From IMG/VR virus record IMGVR_UViG_3300020466_000002: a DNA stretch of 64,000 nucleotides; one strand, 5' to 3'. The notes beneath the pieces were generated by a model that did no database searches, was not told where the DNA came from, and was given only the letters and a program-made list of their open reading frames with translations. Below are positions 9,078-16,236 of this stretch, piece by piece (within the stretch, counting starts at the first letter, position 1; each line of letters begins with the position of its first letter). This DNA is from an uncultured virus (IMG/VR IMGVR_UViG_3300020466_000002) (taxonomy: Duplodnaviria > Heunggongvirae > Uroviricota > Caudoviricetes). Position numbers and translations under genes: made by a program.

Positions 9078-10630
9078 TTCTCAATTCTTATGTTAGATAT
9101 TACACAATCTGCTGAAATTATAGTAGAAACCACTGAAATCGCGTTTTTTAGCGCCGATTTTGTAACCAAAACCGGATCTATTATACCTTCTTTGATCATA
9201 TCTTGCTTTTTACCAGTAGTTACGTCAATTCCTTGACCAGTTTTGTACTGTGAAGTAGCATAATCGCTCATATCAGCGTTTTCTAAGATGATTTCAAAGG
9301 GTGATTTTATAGAAGTATGCAATATTTGCTCAAACTCAGTGTCTACGCTACAGTTTTTAGCTGCATCTAGTAAAGCAATTCCTCCACCTGGAACAATTCC
9401 TTCCTTTAAAGCAGCTTTTACAGCATAAATAGCATCTTCTACTCTATCTTTCTTTTCTTTTAACTCAATTTTTGAGTCTGCACCTACTTTTATTAGACCA
9501 ACTGACCCATTTAACATGGCTAATCTTTGATCTAGTCTACGTTTTAAGTATGGATTCTTCTCTTTTTTGATTTTTTTCTCAACATCAGCGATCCTTTCTT
9601 TTAATTGCTCTCCAGTTTTTGATACTGTAAGCACTGTAGACTTTTCTTCAGTAACTGATTTAAATGCTTCACCTAAAACGCTTGGTTCTATAAGATCTAA
9701 ATCATCACCTAGTTCTTCGTTTATTACTTTTGCACCCGTTAATAGTGCTAAATCTTCAATTGTATCTTGTTTTGTAGGTCCAAAACCAGGAGGATCTATA
9801 AAGTTTACCTTTATATTACCCTTAACTTTATTCATTAGTAACGTAGCTGACACTTGTTGTTCAACCTCTGCTACTATAAGTAAAGCTCTATTTTGTTTTA
9901 TAACATGTTCTAGTATTGGTTGTATCTTTCTTATATTTGGAATCGGTGAAGATACTATTAATATGTACGGGTTTTCAAGATCACACCTTTGTTTATCTTT
10001 ATCTGTAATAAGATGAGGTGATTTTAACCCTGATTCTAATTGTACACCATCTACAATTTCTACATGTGTTAGATCTGTATCAGATTCTTCCATCAAAACT
10101 ACACCATCTTTACCTACTTTAGTGTAAGCGTCAGATATTATATCTCCTAACTCTTTATCATTGTTACAAGATATTGCAGCTACATTATGTAACATGTTTC
10201 CTTCTACTGGAATCGATACATCATCTAAGTATTTATATACTTTATTAGCGTAATCACGAATACCTTTCTTAATTTCACGAGGTTGTTCGTCAACTTCTAA
10301 AGCATTTTTTAATAGTGATTCAGCAAGGACAGTAGCTGTTGTAGTACCATCACCTGCTTCTCTCACTGTGTTTTTAGCAGCTTCTTTTATAAGCGTTGCG
10401 CCTATATTTTCAACCGGATCAAGTAAGACTACGCTATCCGCAACGGTTACACCATCTTTTGTTATCACCGGTTTTCCACGCATGTCTTCATAAATTACAC
10501 ATTTACCAGATGCGCCTAGTGTAGACTTGACTGCTTTTGTTAGTTTGTCTACACCAGCAATTATCTTATCTTTAGCTTCTAAGCCAAATGACAAGTTTTT
10601 TATTAACTCGCTTGGGTTATTATATTCCAT
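9074..10630 (-). CDS. groEL: chaperonin GroEL-like
   Basis: ITKDGVTVA, AGDGTTTATVLA, KDRVEDA, GIVPGGG, GIIDP motifs; no GGM tail. Confidence 0.97.
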   Translation of the reverse strand: MEYNNPSELIKNLSFGLEAKDKIIAGVDKLTKAVKSTLGASGKCVIYEDMRGKPVITKDGVTVADSVVLLDPVENIGATLIKEAAKNTVREAGDGTTTATVLAESLLKNALEVDEQPREIKKGIRDYANKVYKYLDDVSIPVEGNMLHNVAAISCNNDKELGDIISDAYTKVGKDGVVLMEESDTDLTHVEIVDGVQLESGLKSPHLITDKDKQRCDLENPYILIVSSPIPNIRKIQPILEHVIKQNRALLIVAEVEQQVSATLLMNKVKGNIKVNFIDPPGFGPTKQDTIEDLALLTGAKVINEELGDDLDLIEPSVLGEAFKSVTEEKSTVLTVSKTGEQLKERIADVEKKIKKEKNPYLKRRLDQRLAMLNGSVGLIKVGADSKIELKEKKDRVEDAIYAVKAALKEGIVPGGGIALLDAAKNCSVDTEFEQILHTSIKSPFEIILENADMSDYATSQYKTGQGIDVTTGKKQDMIKEGIIDPVLVTKSALKNAISVVSTIISADCVISNIRIEK

Positions 10631-10658
10631 TTAATTGTATTTAATTGTTGATATTTAA

Positions 10659-10976
10659 TTATTCAAATGTTTTAACTACTTTCGGTCCTTTTAAGAAATC
10701 TACTTTCTTAGCATAGTGCTCGATGCTTCCATCAATTGCAGCTTCTGCTCCTTCTATAGTTTCTCTTCTTGTTACATCGTTCCATTTTTCACAGCATTCA
10801 TCTTTTTCAGGATCACAAGGACAGTCGATGTCTTTGTATTCTGTTTGATAAAAACCGTTTGGTAGTTGTACAATCCTCCAGTTTTTCTTTTCTGCGAGGT
10901 GTTTCCAGAACTCTATTTGTTCTTCGGTTATTTGTGGTTGACTAGTCCACGATTTAGTCGTGTAAAAATACGTCAT
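10659..10976 (-). CDS. hypothetical protein
   Basis: 105 aa; Cys cluster CPC...CC. Confidence 0.6.
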   Translation of the reverse strand: MTYFYTTKSWTSQPQITEEQIEFWKHLAEKKNWRIVQLPNGFYQTEYKDIDCPCDPEKDECCEKWNDVTRRETIEGAEAAIDGSIEHYAKKVDFLKGPKVVKTFE

Positions 10977-10999
10977 AATATATTGGTATTTAAGGTTAT

Positions 11000-11039
11000 G
11001 TAGAGTACGTTACGGTGCAGTGGACTCTACTTGCACTGC
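11000..11039 (-). promoter_or_regulatory. intergenic H-type pseudoknot
   Basis: - strand GCAGTG-caa-GTAGAGT-c-CACTGC-N10-ACTCTAC: two interleaved perfect stems (6 and 7 bp). Confidence 0.6.
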
Positions 11040-11046
11040 TTTTTGG

Positions 11047-11310
11047 TTAATAGTTATATCTTTCTTGCACAGCACCATCCCTATCATTATTAGCTCTGTT
11101 AGTAGATGCTTTTACACATTTACCTGTATCATGGTCAAAATCATAACCATCTCCACAATCTTTTTGCTGTGCTGTTCTTTTCTTATATTTACCCCATTCT
11201 GACATCGCTGCTTCCTGATCACGTTTAGCTTTTGCAGCCGATGCTTTCGGCGACAATTTCTGCTTCTTAAACGGTGAAGGCGATGATCGTAATTTGAATG
11301 GTGTTCTCAT
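11047..11310 (-). CDS. small basic protein with HNH-like remnant
   Basis: 87 aa; DFDH...S.NRA.N; N-terminal TPFK/SPFK. Confidence 0.5.
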   Translation of the reverse strand: MRTPFKLRSSPSPFKKQKLSPKASAAKAKRDQEAAMSEWGKYKKRTAQQKDCGDGYDFDHDTGKCVKASTNRANNDRDGAVQERYNY

Positions 11311-11415
11311 GTTACTATAATTACATGTGTAAATAGAAATTTAAATTGTGACAATTGCCTATTATTAATTATACTTATCCTAAAGATTATACTTAGTATA
11401 ATCTTATAAGGAAGG

Positions 11416-11460
11416 GTGACACTAGCCTATTACTAGGTATACCTATATAGCTACTGTCAC
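11416..11460. promoter_or_regulatory. 45-bp imperfect inverted repeat GTGACA...TGTCAC (operator-like); extra half site at 11348-11366
   Basis: GTGACACTAGCCTATTACT...ATAGCTACTGTCAC; homologous copy at 18832-18876. Confidence 0.65.
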
Positions 11461-11658
11461 AAAAAAAACACGTTAGATATATTGAGGTACTGGGTTGCCC
11501 CTCCTCCCCTGCACTATGCCATTATAACAAAGTCAAATATTATTTGCCGGGCCCCACCTCTATTATCCTATTTACCTCGTATTACCATTGTAACCATGTA
11601 TATTAATAAACTCACTTTATAACTATGTATAAAATTACATAGAATAATTCACATTTTT

Positions 11659-11692
11659 ATTACATACATAATACGACTTATATTGGATAATA
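11659..11692 (+). promoter_or_regulatory. promoter-like motif copy 1 (ATTACA-N5-AATACGA-N9-GATAATA)
   Basis: Exact consensus and spacing, six copies in early arm. Confidence 0.8.
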
Positions 11693-11797
11693 TATATGAG
11701 AAATAACTTAAATGAATTATAAACTATTTAGATAATGAGAGAGAGTGTGGAATACTTAGAATATAAAATTAATAACTAAACATTTATACTACTTTTA

Positions 11798-11831
11798 ATT
11801 ACAAACTAAATACGAACTAAACTAGATAATA
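11798..11831 (+). promoter_or_regulatory. promoter-like motif copy 2
   Basis: ATTACA aacta AATACGA actaaacta GATAATA, upstream of first early ORF. Confidence 0.8.
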
Positions 11832-11875
11832 ATATAAAATAACTTAATTAATAATAACACTTAAATATAATAACT

Positions 11876-12103
11876 ATGAGTAACTTAACTACTAAAAGAT
11901 TTGTCGTAAGACAATCACTAATCGGCAAAAATGTAACATTTGAATTCACTAATAAAAAAGGTGACAAAATAACTTACAATCACGACAAAGTATTTTCAAT
12001 AATGAAAAATACACTAACTAAACTACCATGTTGGTTAAAGTACAAAAGCTATACTGCTACTAACAATATACCTTTAGTACTTAGAGACAAAGAGTTAGTT
12101 TAA
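11876..12103 (+). CDS. early hypothetical protein
   Basis: 75 aa ORF after the promoter motif; followed by hairpin and T-run at ~12090-12117. Confidence 0.7.
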   Translation: MSNLTTKRFVVRQSLIGKNVTFEFTNKKGDKITYNHDKVFSIMKNTLTKLPCWLKYKSYTATNNIPLVLRDKELV

Positions 12104-12171
12104 TACTAACTTTTTGTTTCACTCGGCGTCGAGCTGTGTTCTCTCGAGTATAAATAAAGTTGAGCAAGCAA

Positions 12172-12253
12172 TGACATTACGGTAACTTGCGTAAATCGGT
12201 GTGACCAAATTGGTACGTAGCAAGTAGTGGTTCGACTCCACTCATGTCAACTA
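12172..12253 (+). ncRNA. tRNA-like RNA 1 (no D-stem, no canonical anticodon arm)
   Basis: Acceptor TGACAT(T)/(C)ATGTCA, helix ACTTGC/GCAAGT, T-arm AGTGG-TTCGACT-CCACT, ends A-CTA. Confidence 0.6.
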
Positions 12254-12372
12254 TGGCACATATAAATACATATAAATTAAAAGTCGGCTTTCGACTGTAC
12301 GGAAAGCATTTCAATCTACTAACTAAAGAGCAACGTGCTCATGTAGTTCAAGTAGTTTATGATAACTATTAA
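12253..12372 (+). CDS. micro-ORF, 39 aa
   Basis: MAHINTYKLKVGFRLYGKHF...; aactATG start context shared with neighbours. Confidence 0.5.
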   Translation: MAHINTYKLKVGFRLYGKHFNLLTKEQRAHVVQVVYDNY

Positions 12373-12384
12373 AATTAAATAACT

Positions 12385-12555
12385 ATGATTAAATTTACTT
12401 ACAACAAAGTGTACAAGTATGTACAAAACAAGTCTGCATTCGATATATTTATGGATGTAGTAATGACTGCACTCGGATCAATAGCATTCGGTGGAATACT
12501 AGCAATGATATATCATATATCAAATGGTGCAACAGCAAACTTCGGAATATATTAA
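12385..12555 (+). CDS. micro-ORF, 56 aa, single TM
   Basis: ...VVMTALGSIAFGGILAMIYHI hydrophobic helix; taactATG start. Confidence 0.55.
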   Translation: MIKFTYNKVYKYVQNKSAFDIFMDVVMTALGSIAFGGILAMIYHISNGATANFGIY

Positions 12556-12556
12556 T

Positions 12557-12652
12557 ATGAAGAACTTTAGAAAAATAATTATAGACTTTCTATTCGTAGC
12601 GTTGGTATTTTATTTACTATATATCTCGCTATGGATATTCTGTCCTTGCTAA
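12557..12652 (+). CDS. micro-ORF, 31 aa, single TM
   Basis: MKNFRKIIIDFLFVALVFYLLYISLWIFCPC. Confidence 0.5.
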   Translation: MKNFRKIIIDFLFVALVFYLLYISLWIFCPC

Positions 12653-12663
12653 AATAAATAACT

Positions 12664-12723
12664 ATGCTAAGTTTAATAACTGGAATACTATATTTAATTA
12701 TAGTATACTTAATACTGAAATAA
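12664..12723 (+). CDS. micro-ORF, 19 aa hydrophobic peptide
   Basis: MLSLITGILYLIIVYLILK; taactATG start; tiles with neighbours. Confidence 0.35.
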   Translation: MLSLITGILYLIIVYLILK

Positions 12724-12724
12724 A

Positions 12725-12817
12725 ATGGAAGATAATAAATTAGATTACTGGATAATGTTTGTCAATGGTGAGATAACTCTTGAAACATTACAAGAATTAC
12801 TACTCGACTACGTATAA
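12725..12817 (+). CDS. micro-ORF, 30 aa
   Basis: MEDNKLDYWIMFVNGEITLETLQELLLDYV; ends at next promoter motif. Confidence 0.45.
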   Translation: MEDNKLDYWIMFVNGEITLETLQELLLDYV

Positions 12818-12850
12818 TTACATACGTAATACGACAACTACAAGATAATA
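12817..12850 (+). promoter_or_regulatory. promoter-like motif copy 3
   Basis: ATTACA tacgt AATACGA caactacaa GATAATA. Confidence 0.8.
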
Positions 12851-12862
12851 ATATAAAAACTT

Positions 12863-13048
12863 ATGAATAAATTAAAATTTACTAACCCAGATGTGTATGG
12901 TAAACCTCAAAATGTTATACTAAAATACAAAAATGGTGATGTCGAAGTGCTAGAATTTTGTAAAAATACTAGATTTTATGACTCGGCTGACAAAGCATAC
13001 AGAAGTTATCCAACTTTTACACATATAAAAAATAGAACTTATGCCTAA
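12863..13048 (+). CDS. early hypothetical protein
   Basis: 61 aa ORF directly after the promoter motif. Confidence 0.6.
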   Translation: MNKLKFTNPDVYGKPQNVILKYKNGDVEVLEFCKNTRFYDSADKAYRSYPTFTHIKNRTYA

Positions 13049-13289
13049 ATACTTTGACGACTTAACACTTGAAGAAATGTTCAAGCACCATGATCACACT
13101 TATATGATGAGTGATGACAATAGATACTATGAATCCGGCAGACGAGAGCGTGATATTATTGAAGATAAAGTATCATCAGTCGGCGGTTGGACAAAGGAAT
13201 TAGTAGATTTGTATAATAAATATGCACCCGAAGGTATGTTTCAAAAAGACTGGGAGTGGATGCAAGAAGTAAAAGAATTAAATAAATAA
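13041..13289 (+). CDS. early hypothetical protein
   Basis: 82 aa; HDHTYMMSDD motif. Confidence 0.65.
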   Translation: MPKYFDDLTLEEMFKHHDHTYMMSDDNRYYESGRRERDIIEDKVSSVGGWTKELVDLYNKYAPEGMFQKDWEWMQEVKELNK

Positions 13290-13291
13290 CT

Positions 13292-13732
13292 ATGAGTTAC
13301 ACTAAATACAGACAAGAAAGAGAAGCATTAGAGAATGCTTACGCAAGAAGATTACTGATCGAGTATGGTATTCGTGAAGTAACTACACAAAGACAAGCTA
13401 AAAATGGTACAAGAGAATTTGAGTTTCCTGTATCTACATATGCTAATACTAATGAGTATTACAAGAAATGGCTAAAATCTCAAGGTAGATCACTAAAAGA
13501 TACACCAAGATTAAGAATAGCTTGCTTTAAATCTGGCTATGTAAGAAAACAAAACGGTACTTACTCACCATATCAACTAAATAAAACCTACAATCAAAAT
13601 AGTAGGCAAATGTTCTTGATCGATGGTAAGCTAGAAATTAGAAAATATATAGGTAAAGCAAGAACTTTAATATGGAGTCAGCTTGCAAGAATGAACTACA
13701 TGTTAGAATATTACTTGAAGAATTACAAATAA
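13292..13732 (+). CDS. early hypothetical protein
   Basis: 146 aa basic ORF in operon. Confidence 0.65.
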   Translation: MSYTKYRQEREALENAYARRLLIEYGIREVTTQRQAKNGTREFEFPVSTYANTNEYYKKWLKSQGRSLKDTPRLRIACFKSGYVRKQNGTYSPYQLNKTYNQNSRQMFLIDGKLEIRKYIGKARTLIWSQLARMNYMLEYYLKNYK

Positions 13733-13755
13733 AATACGATAACTTCAAGATAATA
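13722..13755 (+). promoter_or_regulatory. promoter-like motif copy 4
   Basis: ATTACA aataa AATACGA taacttcaa GATAATA. Confidence 0.8.
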
Positions 13756-13762
13756 ATAATAT

Positions 13763-13978
13763 ATGAAATGTAAATGTAAACCAAACAATATAATACCTCC
13801 GCAGCGGGTGGCACTAGGGTATACCACTTGCGTCGAGTGTTCAACCACTGAACCATATGGTTGTGTGCAAATCACATACCATAAAACCGGCAACACTATA
13901 CAAATTATGCCTAAAGCTCAGGCGAAACGTATACGTAAGCTATCCGCTAGACGAGGTTACGGAACATGCTTAAGATAA
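13763..13978 (+). CDS. C4 zinc-finger protein (TraR/DksA-finger-like)
   Basis: CKC..IPPQRVALGYTTCVECS resembles the IP..R......C..C finger. Confidence 0.55.
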   Translation: MKCKCKPNNIIPPQRVALGYTTCVECSTTEPYGCVQITYHKTGNTIQIMPKAQAKRIRKLSARRGYGTCLR

Positions 13979-13982
13979 TAAT

Positions 13983-14201
13983 ATGGCAAAGATAAAACAA
14001 ATGAATATAGTAGCAGATGAAGTAGCTACTGATATAATAGAAGAAATATATAAACAATGTGATTGGCAAGTCGGCCAGTTTCTACCAGAAGAAGCTGAGG
14101 GCACACTTATAAACGACACTCATAGTTATCTCATGAGACTGGTCGCTCGCCACATCGCTAATAAACTAGATGTAACAACTAATAAATACTACGATGAGTG
14201 A
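13983..14201 (+). CDS. hypothetical protein
   Basis: 72 aa ORF in operon. Confidence 0.6.
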   Translation: MAKIKQMNIVADEVATDIIEEIYKQCDWQVGQFLPEEAEGTLINDTHSYLMRLVARHIANKLDVTTNKYYDE

Positions 14202-14451
14202 TTCAGTAAAAAAATACTTTGAAGATATGTCAGAGCATGAACAAATGGCAAGAGAAAAGGCCGTTAGTCAGGAGCTCGAAGTAAGAAAATATTTATGGGT
14301 ACTAGACTTTGAAATGGGTAGAGTATTCTTATATAATATCAGAAGAGAAGATCTACAACATGAAGATTATGAGGATTTACTAGTCCTAAAGGGACATAAG
14401 CCTACTAACTGTGAGTGGATGGTTTGTACATCTGATAGAATATATAGATAG
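14194..14451 (+). CDS. hypothetical protein
   Basis: 85 aa ORF in operon. Confidence 0.6.
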   Translation: MSDSVKKYFEDMSEHEQMAREKAVSQELEVRKYLWVLDFEMGRVFLYNIRREDLQHEDYEDLLVLKGHKPTNCEWMVCTSDRIYR

Positions 14452-14642
14452 AGGTTTAAGTCTGGAAGTCCTTGCGCGAAAGCCATAAGTGACGAAAGAG
14501 AGTATAAACATAATTTCCAGTTCTCTCCGCCTCTATAGTAAATCGCGAAGTACGTTTCGAACCATTGAAAGAGTATGGGATGTGAACGTGAAGCGCCCCT
14601 CGGTAACACAGTAGGCCTTGTGATGAAAACAAGAGGGGATTT
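14448..14642 (+). ncRNA. putative structured non-coding RNA upstream of tRNA-like RNA 2
   Basis: GC-enriched gap with nested stems ATAGAGG/CCTCTAT, CTGGAAG/TTTCCAG, GC-GAAA-GC, ACGTT/AACGT, CCAT/ATGG, CTTGT/ACAAG. Confidence 0.45.
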
Positions 14643-14718
14643 GGGCGTGAAATGGTAAGTGCTAAGTCCTGAATATAAATCTTAGCAAACGCAGGTTCGA
14701 CTCCTGCCACGTCCACTA
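14643..14718 (+). ncRNA. tRNA-like RNA 2 resembling a tmRNA tRNA-like domain without mRNA domain
   Basis: Acceptor GGGCGTG/CACGTCC with G3-U70, discriminator A, no D-stem, helix TGCTAAG/CTTAGCA, T-arm GCAGG-TTCGACT-CCTGC, ends A-CTA. Confidence 0.7.
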
Positions 14719-14752
14719 ATTACAATAAAAATACGACATAAGTCGGATAATA
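14719..14752 (+). promoter_or_regulatory. promoter-like motif copy 5
   Basis: ATTACA ataaa AATACGA cataagtcg GATAATA. Confidence 0.8.
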
Positions 14753-14778
14753 TATATAAATAATTAAATTAAATAACA

Positions 14779-15021
14779 ATGAGTAAATTAAAAACACTTT
14801 ATGACTTATTACAACCTAGTATTAAGTCACATTTGAAAGATAGTGCTAGAAAATATGACAGCGCTAAGAGATTAAAGTATAAACTCATGAGTTGTACATT
14901 ATGGCACGACTTATCAATATCTGATATTAGTGACCTATTGTCTTACTCAGGTTTTTATACAAGTGATGTAACTGCTAAAGATGTAATCTACGGTAGTAGG
15001 TTCTTAACAAATAAATACTAA
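14779..15021 (+). CDS. hypothetical protein
   Basis: 80 aa ORF after the promoter motif. Confidence 0.6.
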   Translation: MSKLKTLYDLLQPSIKSHLKDSARKYDSAKRLKYKLMSCTLWHDLSISDISDLLSYSGFYTSDVTAKDVIYGSRFLTNKY

Positions 15022-15479
15022 TGGAGTTACTAACAGATGATATTATTATTGAAGCTTTAGATAGCGATGGAATAATGCAGGAACCAGATGCTAATTGGCT
15101 AATGGAGTATATAAATTCAGAATACGGTGGAACATTAGATAACACTACTAGTTGGTGTGATAAAAACCATATGCTAAAAATATATACTGAATCAACATAT
15201 GATGGTTATGATATATGGTGGTGTACTCACGATGAGAGACCTTATGTATCACAAGATGGTTTTTACTATGAAGATCATAATGAATGGTCCTCACGAGCTA
15301 TTGATGAACTAACATCAGGTAGTGATGTGTGGGTAGAACCTCATGTGTGGGAAGATATGGAATACGAGTTCAATCACGAATTAGAACAATGGTGGACAGA
15401 TATATATGAAGATTATTTTAACGATAAAAAAGATGAGTTATTAGACTCAGGAGATTACTATGAAGACAAAGACAAATAA
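15021..15479 (+). CDS. highly acidic hypothetical protein
   Basis: 152 aa, very D/E- and aromatic-rich. Confidence 0.65.
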   Translation: MELLTDDIIIEALDSDGIMQEPDANWLMEYINSEYGGTLDNTTSWCDKNHMLKIYTESTYDGYDIWWCTHDERPYVSQDGFYYEDHNEWSSRAIDELTSGSDVWVEPHVWEDMEYEFNHELEQWWTDIYEDYFNDKKDELLDSGDYYEDKDK

Positions 15480-15759
15480 ACAAAATAAACCTAAATGGTT
15501 TCATGGAGCTTGGTACAAAACAGGTGACATTGTAACTAATCCATTTAGTGGTGAAATGTATGAATTAACAGGTCCAGAGTTATCTATGTATGACTTTATT
15601 AAAGGAGCTGAGTATACACTTACCATACACGATAGAGATATTTTTGACGACTCAGGAGTACAAGATCCTTCAATGGTTAAATTACAAAAAGATATGATTA
15701 AAGCTTTAGACTGGTTCAGATCAGAAAACCCTACAGCTTATATGACATTACTAGATTAA
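15460..15759 (+). CDS. hypothetical protein
   Basis: 99 aa; C-terminal WFR..NP.AYM.LLD. Confidence 0.65.
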   Translation: MKTKTNKQNKPKWFHGAWYKTGDIVTNPFSGEMYELTGPELSMYDFIKGAEYTLTIHDRDIFDDSGVQDPSMVKLQKDMIKALDWFRSENPTAYMTLLD

Positions 15760-15760
15760 T

Positions 15761-16075
15761 ATGACAAGTATAGAATTTAATGCGTTAGTAAATGAGTTAG
15801 ACTCATACGCAATACAAACAATGAATAAGAAAGGTCCTGAATATACTACAGGAAATGAAGATGTACTAAATAACTTTAAAGCTACAGCTAAAAAACTAGG
15901 TGTAGATCCTTTAGTTATATGGTATGCTTACTTTGATAAGCAAGTTAGCTCTGTTGCTGCTCATGTTAGCAATGAAGATTTAAATAAAGCAGAACCTATG
16001 ATTAGTAGGTTTGGAGATATTATTAACTATGCAAAGCTTGGCTATGCATTATTTAATGAGAGAGATAACTTATGA
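15761..16075 (+). CDS. nucleotide-modification-associated all-alpha domain (DUF1599-like)
   Basis: KKG.EY....D.L.NF...K...D..NY pattern. Confidence 0.55.
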   Translation: MTSIEFNALVNELDSYAIQTMNKKGPEYTTGNEDVLNNFKATAKKLGVDPLVIWYAYFDKQVSSVAAHVSNEDLNKAEPMISRFGDIINYAKLGYALFNERDNL

Positions 16076-16236
16076 TGTGCAAAGATGTAATGATAACTTT
16101 GTTATCTCTTATAGAAAAAGAGATGAAACGAAGAATTGAACATTCATACTTTGAAGAAGAATCTGACAAATGGAGTAAATTTCATGGTTGGATTAGAGAA
16201 ATACGTTTAACAATAAATAAAGGCGGAATAAAATGA
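16072..16236 (+). CDS. hypothetical protein, 54 aa
   Basis: ATGA overlaps at both ends, fills the gap. Confidence 0.5.
   Translation: MMCKDVMITLLSLIEKEMKRRIEHSYFEEESDKWSKFHGWIREIRLTINKGGIK

Larger units (their letters stand above)
11311..11875. promoter_or_regulatory. divergent non-coding control region, candidate origin or genome terminus
   Basis: 565 bp with no convincing ORF between divergent arms; holds inverted repeats, a C-rich patch and two promoter-motif copies. Confidence 0.65.

Noticed and set aside
11000..11049. Stop-codon readthrough or frameshift fusion of 11047 and 10659 ORFs
   Set aside because: 70-nt gap is out of frame, and the downstream ORF frame has a stop within the pseudoknot
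14555..14620. c-di-GMP-I riboswitch resemblance (AACCATTGAAAGAGT..GGGA)
   Set aside because: Only partial similarity; the GGGACGCAAAGC junction and tetraloop-receptor stem are not convincingly present; needs cmscan
14456..14716. 86-aa - strand ORF
   Set aside because: Antisense to the early arm and overlapping the structured RNA and T-arm; typical tRNA-antisense artefact (AGVEPA)
14643..14718. Canonical tRNA or full-length/permuted tmRNA
   Set aside because: No D-stem and no 7-nt anticodon loop; acceptor strands lie within 73 nt in non-permuted order, leaving no tag reading frame
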